From Laetmonice hystrix (lineage: Eukaryota): a DNA stretch of 64,000 nt. The notes beneath the pieces were generated by a model. The model saw only the letters and a program-made list of their open reading frames with translations, did no database searches and was not told where the DNA came from. Below are positions 37,064 through 50,247 of this stretch, piece after piece. Position 1 is the stretch's first letter. The number at the start of each line of letters is the position of its first letter. The stretch is from NCBI GenBank assembly GCA_965235115.1, contig OZ249451.1:10292001-10356000 (forward strand). The letters run 5' to 3'. The position numbers and the translations under genes were made by a program.

Positions 37064-39833
37064 GGAGAGGCTGTAGAAGAGAAACAGTACTCAGTATAGG
37101 GCATACCCCCTCCCCTGGCATTGACCAGTCTGTGGTGAAAAGGTTATTACCCTAACCCCGTTTGCACCCTAGCGTCCAACCCCCTAAATATTAATCTAAC
37201 CAATGCTCAAAAGGTTATAAATACTTTGCCCTTCAGTTTCAGACTCCTTTTTAAAAGGGGAGACCACCCCACAGTGCACCTTATATTTTAATAGGGATTT
37301 CATAAGCAAATTATTGCTTCCTATCCCCGATGAATCTCAGCGACTTTTTTCTGCCTAATGGGCAAGCGACGTTGCTGTCAGTTGCCTATTGTACATTGTG
37401 TCAGAAAAGCGGGAGCCGAACCGCCTGGCTACAACATGTAGGACCTATAATTTATTATAGTATTTTTTAGATGGCATTCATACCCATGTGTATGACACAC
37501 AGTTTTCATGTTCTCGTCAGTGAAATCAAATATCAATTTGTGAATGTGTGTCTGATTTTTTTACTGTCAGAATAACAAATAGCTGGCCACAGGGACCAGT
37601 GCGGCCATTGTGTCGTCCATTGTGTCACTGTCCAGGCCGGGGAAGGTAGCAATCTTTTATCCATACAATCGGCGGACAGTCAATGGAACTAATAATAGGC
37701 GGGACGGATCGGATGGAACTAGCACGACGTCCAAGGTATAAGGCGTACTGTATGGATCAGGAAAAGTTTTTATACAAAGTAACTATGATGTGAAATCCGT
37801 GGGAATAGGGAGGACCGAAGCACGTTACGACAGTTAAAAAAATGTACATCAACAGAACACGATGCCTAAACTAAGGCCGTTTTTCAACTGAAGCTAAAAC
37901 ATTTGTCGTGACTTTCCGGTCTAGATGTCCTAATATTCAATTAAGGAAAAGACGTGATATTAGCAAAAAGAAATTTGTTATAACGATAGATATTATAGTC
38001 CAAAGACCATGTCGGACATTTAGCCACAGGCTCAGTTTGCTTCGGGGTCGAGTGGCTTAACCTGTTCCGGTATGAGTTCGTACAACGGTCGGAAAAAAGT
38101 TACGTAAGGGTATCACACTGTTGCGAGACGGGATATCTGGATAACCTCGAGGCGAAGCCGAGAGGTTATTCAGATATCCACGCGAGCATCATGTTTGCAT
38201 CATCATGCATGGGTCAAACCTGATGTTTAACTTGTAGATACATTTCTCAGAGATTAGTGCTGTGGCCTGGTGGGGGAAACATCCACCTAGTATACAGTGG
38301 CGCCTGACATGTTCACAAAAAGCAAGGTTAGCCAACGCATACCTCGACGGTTTTTTTTGTAACGTGAATACGGGACGTGAATTCACAATTAAATATGAGT
38401 CAGATAAAACAATAAGCCATTTGTTCTAAAATGGATATTAATTTTGCGGTCAGATATGGATTGTTGGATTCCACTGTATCCTCTGAGTCCCACGGCCGTA
38501 ATACGCCTAGATGTCTGACTAGACCACCAGACGTCTTCGTTCACTTTGTTTGTATACCCAGACCCAAGCAATCAGGGCCGGTGTCGCGGTCTCACATCTC
38601 CGCGGGTCTCACATCTCCGGGAGTATGGGTTCTTATTGTTTACATGCTGAATCTGTCTCAGTGAGCAATTTTTGCATGCGAGTCCATATAGTTCAATAAG
38701 AACTATATACAAATACACACAACTATGCATCTAACCTTCGGGAGATGTGAGACCTCGACACCGGCATAGTTCCTGAGGACACATATGCTGAGCATGCTGA
38801 TAAAGTGCTGCATCTGTCCCTCTAGCAGTCTCAGTTTAAGTACTGCTTTATTTACTGTTTTTTAATGTACATGTATATATATATAGTCAACATTCTTTAT
38901 GGTTTTGTAATTGATGATGAGGACGTGACCTAGATTGACATAGACAAGAAGTCATATCAAACAGCTATGTTATGACTAGCAATGAAGATATGCAATATGT
39001 TTAGTGTTGTTCGGAGATGCATGCTCTATTCACCGACCTCTGGTCTGTAGTATTAATACCATTTTATAAGTCCATAATATAAATGGAGTGAATTTTGCGT
39101 AGCTACGACATGTCTGTATTCTGCCGCTGGGCATGTCACAACCACATTCACTACTCCGCCCGCCAGTGGTGTCAATGCCCTCTCTTTAATTCGTCATCGC
39201 TGGTCGTGCCATCTCCTACAACTTTTTATATTTGAACTTCTCGATTGGTTTCAAAATACGGCTTGTCATTCTCTCTAAAGCCGACGTTAGTGTCCCTTAA
39301 ATGGGTCCAATCGAATCCTCGTTTTATATAGATCCACCATTGAGATTAAAGGCAAAGACTTCGTCGACCGGCAATTCTATAATCATGACCTCATAGAGGT
39401 ATGAAACCTCATGTCAAAAAACGTACTGATTTACGTGCTGATGCTACAAAACTATAACAGGTTACAGTGGTACAGGGTACAGGTTACAGTGGCACAGGTT
39501 ACAGTGGTATAGGTTACAGTGATATAGGGGTTGGACCTTAATTTGGAAATGGCCGCCCCCAACAGAGCCACCATCCTCGCACTCCCTCGTCCCCATCCGT
39601 TAAACATATACGGGCGGCACTAACTATAGGCTAGGCTATGTGTAACACGCTTTCCATGATAATATGTGATAGTTTTTTCACTGACCTTGGACTGCAAGTA
39701 CGAGAGAAAGTAGAATCCAGCGAGTTGAGCCAGCAACCACGAGATCCATCTTCTGTCTGTTTGTGGTATAAGTGTACTCTTATCGCCACGCTGCTTGAAG
39801 TGAAAGCACCACGTGTCGGCAGAACATACCCTC

Positions 39834-39835
<2 letters not shown>

Positions 39836-39889
<54 letters not shown>

Positions 39890-39900
39890 TCTGTCTCTGT
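39836..39900. repeat. (CT)n microsatellite
   Basis: Long ctctctct tract. Confidence 0.9.
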
Positions 39901-40779
39901 CAGTGACTGGTCCCGCGTGGACGGAGAGGTTGTCGTGGATACAGGAGATACGGTGAGTGTCGGTGAGAGGTCGCCCTAGGCAACACACAGTCAGCCCACC
40001 ACTTGTCCTGCCGGTGTGATCCCGAAATCTCTCCACACACAGGGTTCTCACTAAATCTATTTGTTTGTCGTATTTACCCGCGAGAGGGGTGATGTCTAAA
40101 TACACCTGTTTCATGCTCTCGATTTCTCAGTGTGGGCAGAACCCTAACCCCAAGGCGGTGTCAGCCAGGCCCCCAGGGCCGTTCCGTATGTGGATATTTC
40201 CCGACTTTCTCGTCCGTATTCAGGTCAGGATGTAGCCTATAGCCCAGACACCTGCAATACGAATTTACTACCTGACATCTTGTGTGGGGGTTCCTCCAGA
40301 GGAATGTGACACGGGCTTTGAGCTAGGGGAAAGTTATGTGCGCTCTTTCTTTGTTTCTTTCTTTGTTTGTTTCTTTGTTTCTCTTTCTTTCTTTCTTTTT
40401 GCCTTTCTTTTATGAAGTTATGGCGGTCGACCCAACAAGAGAACTCGGGATGCCCCTAACCTCCCATAACAGTTCTGTTCGTGCTTTTAGTAGTTTAAAC
40501 ACTCTTAAAGTTTTAGTTTTAAAAAATTAAAAAAGGAAGAAAATACGCCCAGCATTCTCCTGCTTGTACTGGGCGATGTAGGCCTATTGCGACCAAAATC
40601 TGGGTCGTTACTGGCGACATTTATTTTTGGAATTGGCACAATAAAGTATCGCTTTACATATTGCCTTCGAGGAACAATAGAATTGAGAAGATGTCTCCTT
40701 CCAAAATGTTCACGTAGACCTATTTTTAATAGTTTCATTAATACGCCCGCTGTGAGCCGCAGCATATTGAACAACCTCT

Positions 40780-43700
40780 CTAGGGCAGGGACCTAGCAGC
40801 CTCCACCATATTTGCGAGCTTCTGGCGAAGGACGCCATGTGGCAGGAGTGCCAGCCCGCAGTCGGGTGCCAGGATGAGACGCTCAGAGGGTAGGTGTTTT
40901 AACGCCTCCAATACACGAGAGCGAATCTCCTCCACCGTTTCCACGCGACTCTTGGCGATGGCGACGACTCCGAGTATGACAGTTGTCTTGGAGAACTTGT
41001 CCAGCAGAGACAGGTCATTATGGCGATGTGCATCCTCGATCGACACTGAAATATAAGTTTCATCAATGTGTCAACAAAGACCTAAATCAAAAAGTAAACC
41101 ATCTCATAAAATGAACAAGGCCTGCAACATTCCACAGATTCCTCACTGCAAACGTGGGTATAACCAACTTAAAACAGACGTCAGTAATAAAATGTGACGA
41201 ACACAGTGTTCCGCGGCTTTCAGTTCTTTGCCATTTTAAAACAAACTGGACCATTTAGCTCTCCACTCCGGTGCCATTGAGTTGCTTAGGTTGGTTTCTC
41301 TCGCCCCCGCCAGGGATCACCGCCGGCAGCTCAGCCGGAAGTCAAGTTCTACTGGGCTTTGAAATCGGTTGCTGCATGCCACGGCCACATTATGTGTTTG
41401 CGTAGCTCTATTCCCACCCCGTATATACTCATCAACGCTCCATTGACAGCGATCTGTCCTTCCAAACACTGTAAAGCTTTTTGTCTTGTTTCCTTTCAGT
41501 TCCTTTTGTATTATTTACCGTGAATTATCCATATTGGGGAATGAAGAGATGCGATCACGCGAATGGTCCATATGCGATTTCTATGGCGATTTGGAGAATT
41601 GTGATTTTCATTTGAAAGGAAACCATTTCCAGAATCAGCAGAATCAGAATCCAGAGCCAGAAAACTATAAATTCTCCCTCAGTATTAACCCAACAATAAT
41701 AACACACTGACCAGCATCGAACCCTGCGTCATCCAATCTCTCAGCCAATCTCATGTAACAGTTGTTGTCAGCTTTCTTGTAGTTTGCCTCGTCCTGATGC
41801 AGATATAGGGTATACAGGTTGATGTCAAAGGGTTGGAGAGATTAAGCATGGCGCGCATATAGGTATATTTATCAGATAATAAATTGTACATTTTTCAGTA
41901 GCCTATATCTTTACGAACGCTCATGTGCACATAAGGGGTGGTCCAGTTTTAATCTTTGATAACATTGGAAGACAGTCTCTTGCCTCTCTTGATGAATTAG
42001 TGCAACGAATGTGACACTGTCTTATGCTTTGAGTAAATGATACAGGGGAAAAATAAACATTCAAAACGCACCAGTCTAGTCGGGTAGCCACAGCACAGAT
42101 GAACAATTTTCTGCACCTCCGGTCCTACCCCCTGTAATGTACGATAGAATAGATATTTGAAGCAAGAGGTGTCAGTGTCGCCTTAGTAGTGGCAGATTAC
42201 ACAGCTAAATCTCGGACATGGACCTTGAAACCGGAAATCTTTGGCGTATCATTAGAATTTGTTCATAAGATCAACATCAAACTATCCGGGAGGGTCTCAT
42301 TTCTTGGCTCATTCTTTCAATTATTACAGAGGTCTGTAGGACTTCCTGCTGTGAAGAATCCGGTTGCGCCCCTCTTCGTTTTCCTTTAGATCTATTCTGT
42401 ACTCTTTTGTTAAGTTACTGCTCGCACCTTGAAGCATTCCGTCAGAATTTCCAAGCCGTAATCGAGAGCATCCTGCGTCTTGCGCATCAGGACGGGCTCA
42501 TCCACTTGGATGTGTTTACATCCCGCCGCCGCCAGGGCGCGCACCTCGCGGTTGATGCACGCCGCTAGCGCTCTGAGCATGCGCGGGCGTTCCTCATAGT
42601 GACGGTCTGAAAGATGACAATTAATGTTAATATGCTTTTACTCCCGTAGGACATGTCATAAAAGATTTGATGGGGACAAGAAGGCCTATATAAACCTAGC
42701 CCTATATTTTGCCGCAAATATCGCTCTAATCACCGCAGGCTAATTTAATATAATCGTCAGCCTATTGGTTAAAGGCTACATGAATAGTCAAGTGGTAAAA
42801 ATCAATGTAAACGGTGAGACTGGAGTTTATTTATTATGAATCACTAATTGATGCGTTGACCTACTTAGTGTCGTGTCGCCGATGGTCATTGGACCGGGGA
42901 TGGTGTATTTGACCGGGGTTGACGTCAAATCCTGTGTCTCCCGCCATTCCGCAGCGCACCACGGTTCAGCGTCCATTGGTCTGATGTCGTCTGCTATCAC
43001 CGGAATAATCCATTGTATAGCCGCCTGGCGGCCAGTCGTCAACTCGGGCTGGTCGAAGTTAATTCCCGTCAGATGGCGACTGTGATCAATTATCGTACGA
43101 ATAAGTTATGATGTTCCAGGGCATTTTACATTATGCTTTTTGAAGCTAACTGTGTAGCCTTAGTGACTTAGTGACTGGATACGGGCGGGCATGCATTGTA
43201 TGCAGAGGCCCTACTTTTGGTATGATATACATAAGGAATAGAGAACACTCTGGCCGCTAGGCAGCGCCACCATATCTATGGCTGTCAGGCCAACTTTGAG
43301 TATAGGCACTAGCGTGAGTAGTACGACTTCATGGCTACTGCATGGTTGAGATGAAGAGCGCTTTACGTCTGAGTAGCACGAATACATGCACCTTTGCACC
43401 CTTTTATCAGATCCTGCGAATTTGAAATATAAAGTCAATAAACTATATGAATTGAATGTGTCAAGGCTTTCACTTTAACCATTGTAGACGTTAGAAGTAA
43501 TCCTACACACCAGAAGTGGTGAACGTAATTCTCCCGGCGGACCTCCCCGTCCGTGATGACGTCAATGCCAAGCGCCACCTGTTGGGAAATGACGTCGGCA
43601 GCGGCGCGACGCGTTTCCTCAAGCAGAACTGAACAAAGAGCAGGTTAAGAGTTGTGGTTAGACGTACGGCATGTTGGCAACAATCCTTTCGGTTATCATT

Positions 43701-44373
43701 CATGCCACAAGTTATGGGCACATACAAATATTTTTAATTGTTATATTGACTGTAGACTACAAAGTGAACCAAGTCTTTGCTTTGCCACATAGGCCTAATT
43801 ATAATTGGCTTAATTTAGAATTGAATAGAATTGAATTGGGCAGGGGGTTGGGTTAAGGTCAGTGATAGGGATAGGGAAAGGATAGGGGTATGTTTCTGTG
43901 AGGTGTAGGGACCGGGGTTGGGGTTAGGGATAAGGTCAGGGCTATGGATCTCTATTTTCGACATTAATTTCGTGGGTTTAAGTTATTACGGGCGATGTAT
44001 CCCGCCAACTCTCATTGCTCTCTCGTCTTCAATTGTGCAATCCAAAAATACAATACGAAGGGGTTTCAATCAAAGTATCCTGTTTTTGCGCGATTTTAGT
44101 AGAAACCAAGGAATTTCTCCATCTTGACCCCTCTTGCAGTACCTGAATGGAACATAGGCCTACATGTACAACACTAAAATGAGTAGGCCCTATAAGACAA
44201 TAAATGAGCGACTCGCCTTTTTTATCTGCCTGTTGAATGAAGGCGTTGGTGGTACGGACGTCGTAGTTAAGGCCGGTATCATCCTGGTATTTGGCCTGGT
44301 ACCCAAACCAGTCAGGCATACTCAGGTAGTCTGGCTTCGGGAAGGCCCCAATTACAGTCGTTTGCAGCGGCAT
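40780..44373 (-). CDS. metE: Cobalamin-independent methionine synthase-like protein, single (catalytic) barrel, ~358 aa, 7 exons
   Basis: Exons 44373-44217 (GC donor GCGAGT), 43628-43511, 43079-42865, 42606-42428, 42131-42072, 41793-41712 and 41045-40780. Motifs TTVIGAFPKP, DVITDGEVRR, PVKYTIPGPMT, IQVDEP; Zn ligands HLC (HxC), SIED (E) and APDCGL (C). Confidence 0.93.
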
Positions 44374-44914
44374 TTTTATCCTCTGTGAAACTGACAACAA
44401 ATAGATATGTAGAGGATAGCATTGTTTAGCAGTTAGCTGAGGATATTGCAAAGTGATGAGGGTCATTTCACTTCGTCAAAAGTGTCACCACTTAACCCTA
44501 GTGGCGACTTTTATTTTTTTAGGAGGGACACCTGTCAGCCCATGCTTTGGTCTCACTGACCCAGGTAGTCAGATTGGGATGAAGGCCATGTTCAGATATT
44601 TATGATTTCTTTCAGAAAGTCTAAAAAAGGGCGAGGACCTTATGACCTTTGCTTTTTAAGACTAGTGCATGATAGACACACACAAACTCTCTCAGAAGTT
44701 ACCCCTATAATGATTAAGAACATACCTGAAATGTCCGGCCTGTGTGTAGGACTGTAATTTGCCGACCGCCGGTAAACAAGTGGAGGCCCAGGTTATTGGG
44801 CAATGGTTAAACCGGCCGGACGCTGGCGACCGTTGGTCAAGGACAAGGACGAGGCATACATCTCTCTCTGATAACCTGCCTGTAAACATATTTCAAGGTC
44901 AAACTTATAGATTA

Positions 44915-45235
44915 CAGGATTGCCGACCTGCCAAATCTTTTTGCCTACCAAGCGGGAGAATCTCCCACTTGAGGTAATCTCAAGCGGGAGATAAACGGTA
45001 CCAGTGATCAAACGTCTTGCAAATACAAGTATTAATATTCTTATCCATAATTCACGAGGGGGCGCATGCAAAGATAGGCCAAAGAACGGCAGAGAGGCCA
45101 CAAGTGTCTTTTTCTACAAATGAATGCAGGCGGGAGATTACAGAGGGCAGTCGGGAAATCGGGAGAAAAGGGCAAATAACCCCCAAATTCGGGAGTTCTC
45201 TCGCCTAAGCGGGAGTTTGGCAGGTCTGGGATTGG
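44915..45235. mobile_element. MITE with gacctgccaaa/tttggcaggtc inverted ends and gcgggag subrepeats
   Basis: caggattgccgacctgccaaa ... tttggcaggtctggg. Confidence 0.5.
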
Positions 45236-46039
45236 CAGTCTCTATCACTATATCCGATCTGCCTGGTGGGACGTGCAAATCTTCACAAGCACGATAAGCG
45301 AAGGTAAAATGCGAATTGTGTGGGGCGGGTTGTGAAACCTTGGACCACATTTTTATATTCTGTCCTCCTGTTCTCCCGGTTTTGAGGTAGTCCATCTGAC
45401 GGACCCACCAACGACATGGGTAGGTCCATAATGCAGCAGCTGTAGCAGAGCGCGGATTGGCTGCTCTATATATAGAGAAGTTCACGGCGACGTCATTCAC
45501 AGGGATTCCCCCGATTCTGCCCTCGCGAGGGGCTGGCAGAAAGCATGCTTGCTGGCACAGTGTAGAACTGTAGAACATTAGCAACATTGGGAAAATATAT
45601 AATTATTAATATAGCAATGTAAAAGCATGACGCTCGCGAAGTTGCAGTTTCGACGGCGATGTACACCGCGACGGTGCCGCCTCCCCTCAGGCTGGCCATG
45701 CAGGTTAGTCTTCGCTAACCTTAGAGCTACACACACGCTGACACAGGGCCAGACCAGGCAACACGCCGAAGAGAGAGGCCGGGCATCGTGGCTTTATGGC
45801 CGGGTGTGTACCTCTAGTGTCCACCAGAGTGTCCGTTGAGGTTGAACTGACAAGCGTGTTTCTCTGGTGTGGCGGAGCCGGGCGGATCCCTGTGAGCAGC
45901 GTTTCGACTGGTCCCCAGCTCTTTTGGCAAAAGGGCGGGGACCAGTCTCAGTGTGCGCATGCGCACAAGCCCACTTCCGTAACGGGAATTCCGTATAAAA
46001 TGGCGTCCAAAATGGTCCTGCATTACAGTCCCACTCTGC

Positions 46040-46500
46040 GCATAGCGAGTGGACTGTTTCCAGTCTAGGTTTTGAGGGAGGTCGAAAAGCTTTTGTCACG
46101 GATTACGGGTAATCCTATCTTTCTGGACAGAAACATGATCCTTTTCCATAGTCTGCCACGAATGCCCGACCAGACATTAGGCCTTGTGCTTCTTATTTTA
46201 AACTCCTTTAAGAGGGAAGTGTGGTTCCATAGAAACGAGGTTAGGATGCCCAGGAGTAAACTGACGCGCAGAGAATATGGGCCTACCATGGCATGGGCCT
46301 ACCTAATAACAGGTCTTAAATGGCGATTTTCTATGGATGGACACCGTAGCAGACCTGACAAATGGATGAGGATCTGGACGGTAACAGCTGGACGGTGAAC
46401 GGGGTTTGTGGACAAAAGGTTGGTGAAGATTATGTTTTTCTATTGTAGTTGATGGGAAAGGAAGTGTAAACGTTCATTTAATTTTTCCCCCTTCTTTTAA
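46040..46500 (+). mobile_element. 3' remnant of an L1/Tx1-clade non-LTR retrotransposon ORF2
   Basis: DCFQSRF(W)REVEKLLSRI...ILFHSL...LVLLILNSFKREVWFHRNEVR resembles the C-terminal Cys/Trp region of L1-clade ORF2; frameshift at the first Trp. Confidence 0.55.
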
Positions 46501-46744
46501 AGGCTGTAAAGTGCCAATGTCAGGATCGTACTGGAAACAGTTGCCTACTTGACTAGTTTCTTGTAACCGTTTCATCCTTTTTACGGTGCTTCATTTACTC
46601 CATGCTATGCTAAAGTAGCTTACTTAGGTTTTCAGAGTCTTTAAAAAAATAGAGGTGGGCCAAGACAAGAGGGTGTACGCCTGAGTGTTGAGGTCCAAAG
46701 AGGTTGATGAGTTGCACAAGCGAGTGGCGGTCTTAGTAGACAGC

Positions 46745-46838
46745 TATATTCATCATGACGCTTGTTATTCTTCTTGTGGCGGCTGGGTCATTTACGTTTG
46801 CAATCCTCGATCGTAAAAAGACCCGCCACCACATGCAT
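46745..46838 (+). pseudogene. Isolated ~95-bp fragment of MFS transporter exon 3
   Basis: ttcatcatgacgcttgttattcttcttgtggcggctgggtcatttacgtttgcaatcctcgatcgtaaaaagacccgccac is nearly identical to 49427-49510 and 59323-59405. Confidence 0.85.
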
Positions 46839-47201
46839 AGCCCGGTCTCCTGCCTACCAGACGCATCCGCTATGTTAGGCCAGGTGCTAGCTGGCAGAAA
46901 AACCGCGAAACGGAAGTGACCAAACTCCAAGCACTTCCGCTTCCGTACCGTTCGTCAGCGTTAACGGAGTGACCTACCTCTGTTTGGAGATTGGCCAACA
47001 TGCCCGTGCGTATGCAGACCGTAGCAGGTGTGGGGACCAATGACGCTATGTTTACATCCAGAAAAGCGAGGACATTTAACACTTGCATTTTTAAAGCGAT
47101 TGTCGAAAATATCTGTATCTTGTTGGAGAAATACGGAGGGTACGGAACTACCTCGTTTGCGGCCTTGTTTTCGATGGGCCAATCACAGCGCTCTTTTCGA
47201 T

Positions 47202-47462
47202 TAGCCTTCACCCAGGCTCTATATACGTAGTCAATATAGACCTGAGGACCAGGCTAGCCTTCACCAGGCTCTATATACGTAGTCAATATAGACCTGAGGA
47301 CCAGGCTAGCCTTCACCAGGCTCTATATACGTAGTCAATATAGACCTGAGGACCAGGCTAGCCTTCACCAGGCTCTATATACGTAGTCAATATAGACCTG
47401 AGGACCAGGCTAGCCTTCACCAGGCTCTATATACGTAGTCAATATAGACCTGAGGACCATGC
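47202..47462. repeat. 52-bp tandem repeat x5 at the end of the dispersed repeat 46840-47460
   Basis: Unit tagccttcaccaggctctatatacgtagtcaatatagacctgaggaccaggc. Confidence 0.92.
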
Positions 47463-47725
47463 TACCAAATGCAGAGAATTCTCGGGGATTCCACCAGGTG
47501 GCCCACACCACGAGACTGAAGGGCGCCACTAATCCCGCCCACCAACAACTTCACCCTTTCTCTAGAATACATTTACATAATTTATATAATTAATTTTTGT
47601 GAATTGGCGCCATACATACATCAGGTGTGCAAGCAGCAGGTGTACGGAATGTTTTGTATTAAGTTCTTTACGCGTCAGTGGGGCCCACCTGTTCTCCAAT
47701 CCGGCCACTCTAATCATTAGACACC

Positions 47726-50247
47726 ATGGGAGAGAAAACTTTACTGGTTACAGCTAAGGAAACTGAAGAACCTTTCACCTATCGACAGAAGGTCACTCGG
47801 AGTGGGTTACTCGCCGGAATTACGTTCAGTATAGTCAGTATTAATATACACATGTTGACTGGCCATTAGGGCACGTCTGCTCCCCCCCCCCCCGAGGGCC
47901 AGTGGGGGATCCAGGATTTTGATAAGGGGGCTCGCCAAAAAGATTTCTTAGCCTCGCTACGCTCGGCATGCTTTGATTGTGCCTGTATTACACACACACA
48001 AAATAATTGCTATTAACACACTTCTAAATGTTTTATTTTATTCAAATACTATAATCTAAGGGGGCCCTGGGCCCCCTGGATCCCCCAGTGTACGCCTATA
48101 TGTTCCGGCCACAATGCTCATGTTCCCGTTTATATTTGTCAGGGTCTGTCTGACGGCGTGATCGGCCCGACCCTGTTAGACCTACAGGTCCTCGTAGGGA
48201 CAGACACTGCCGGGATATCGTGGGTGTTCGCCGCACGTAGTATTGGCGGTTTTGTCGGGACTCTAATCGCTGGAAGACTCTTGTCTCTGATCAACATCTG
48301 GTTGACCGTTTTTGGAGCACTCATATTGTGCGCCGTCACAGTGGCAGTTGTGACGTCATGTCGTCAACTCGTGACCCTGGCTTTCGTTTTTACCGGCATA
48401 GGCGTCTCTGCTGGCTATCTCAACACTGGTTGGTTGATTTCTCATTAATTTCATTCACAACCATAGTTTTATTCCGATTATTACATGAACAATAAGGATA
48501 TATAATTTATGTGATATTTGGTTAAAATAACACTTTAAGTATTACGAGGAATTGACGACATATACATGGCCTATGCTCTAAGAAGGTGGGACAACACTCC
48601 AACGGAGACAGATATAAAATTTACCATTTTAATATTTCAACTTTGGACTGCTATTCTAGGAAGGCATTTATTAGAGCCATTTAATCTCTCGTTTTAAACT
48701 GTCGTGTTTGCATAAGCATTTCAATACTTGAGAGATGCATATGGATTGGTTATATTTTAATATTTCTTTTGGTTTTGAGTTTTTCGATCAACCCCAAGAT
48801 TTTCCTTGCACAAGTACACATCCTACAATACAATAAAATGAGTGTCTTTGTGAATAAAGGAACAATAAGAATCATACATTAATAGTATATCATATAAACA
48901 TAAAGGTTTTTCAAACATTTGAAAAAAGTTGCATATTACATGGTGTACTTTTCACTAGCGCTTTCAGAAGCATGGGAAAACTCAAAATGTATATTTTCTG
49001 AGGGACTGCCGTTACACGCCAGAAGTAGATCCTATCAAAGATGGTTGTTAAATTAGGCCTTCTCCCAACGATTGTCTACAAAACCGAAAATTTCTGAGAA
49101 GAATTGAACATTATTCCAACACTAAACCCCCAGATAGTTGTCTATTGAGCACATTAAAACTTCTCCGACAGGATTTTCCATCCTTGCAACAGCACTGTGG
49201 GATAAAGACAACGGACCGTGGGTACAAGGCATACAATTTTTTTTTGGTGTTGGATCTCTCATCGGCCCTCTGGTGGACAAAGCGTTCCTGTCAAGGTCAC
49301 CAGACAACATTGGAGACACCAGTTACGTGGGAAGCAACAGAAACAATACCGTGAACCAAACGGTCAGTGACCTGCAAAACGCTTCCGTCGGCGCAGTTGA
49401 CCGGATGCAGTTATTTTGGGCATATTTCATCATAACGCTCGCTATTCTTCTTGTGGCGGCTGGGTCATTCACGTTTGCAATCCTCGATCGTAACAAGACT
49501 CGCCACCTCGTGCAGAGACATCATGACCAAGGGCCCCCCAATGAAGACAACATCGAAAAGGAAAATGTCGCCCTTGGCAAGTACAACAGAATTCAGGGTT
49601 TCCTTAGACAGATGTGTAGGGATATAAATATGTTCAAACTCAAGCTATTAAGTGCCCTCCTTGTTCTAATCTTCACGAGCGCGTTAATACAAACTAATTA
49701 TGGCTATTTTCTCTCACCCTTCGCCGTAAAGAAACTGGGTTGGACGAAACAGGTGGCCGCTTCAGTGACGTCATTGTACTGGGGGTCGTTAACAATTGGA
49801 AGGGGTCTCAGTGTTGTAATTATTAAGTTCGTCCATCCTCGGATCGTTATAGGGGGATTCGTCATCGTCATTGTGATTGTCCTCGTGCCCTTGATGGTTT
49901 GTCCCGATGCCGACGTGAGCGTCCTCTGGGTGTGTAGCGCGGTACTAGGCTGTAGCGTTGGTCCATTGCAGGGCGCTGTTCTCACGTGGACAGAACGTTA
50001 TGTGGTGGTCACTGGTGCTGTTGGAGGCGCGACTTGTGGTTTTGGCTATGCTGGGGACATAATTGGGGCAATTTTGATGGCGAACGAGCACATCGGTCCT
50101 GATTCCCTTTCTTTCCTCATCTTTGGCGCAGCTTGCTTTGCTCTTCTGGCATTCATTGCTGCGCTAATTGTCATCCATGGTTGTGGAGAAAAGGGGGCTG
50201 AAAGCAAAGAGGAAGAGAAGAGGAAAGCTATAAGCTTTCAGGGATGA
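47726..50247 (+). CDS. MFSD4: MFS transporter, MFSD4/Na-dependent glucose transporter-like, copy 1 (intact, 489 aa)
   Basis: Exons 47726-47833, 48143-48428 and 49172-50247; family motifs GPTLLDL and GPWVQGIQFFFGVGSLIGPL; about 12 hydrophobic segments. Confidence 0.9.

Noticed and set aside
39620-40114. 164-aa minus-strand ORF with RERERE tract
   Set aside because: It reads through a (CT)n microsatellite; no domain recognised.
49138-49171. TTG start of MFS ORF 49138 (and 54300) as the true protein start
   Set aside because: This stretch is intron; the real exon starts after the acceptor ccgacag at 49171, and the start codon is in upstream exon 1.
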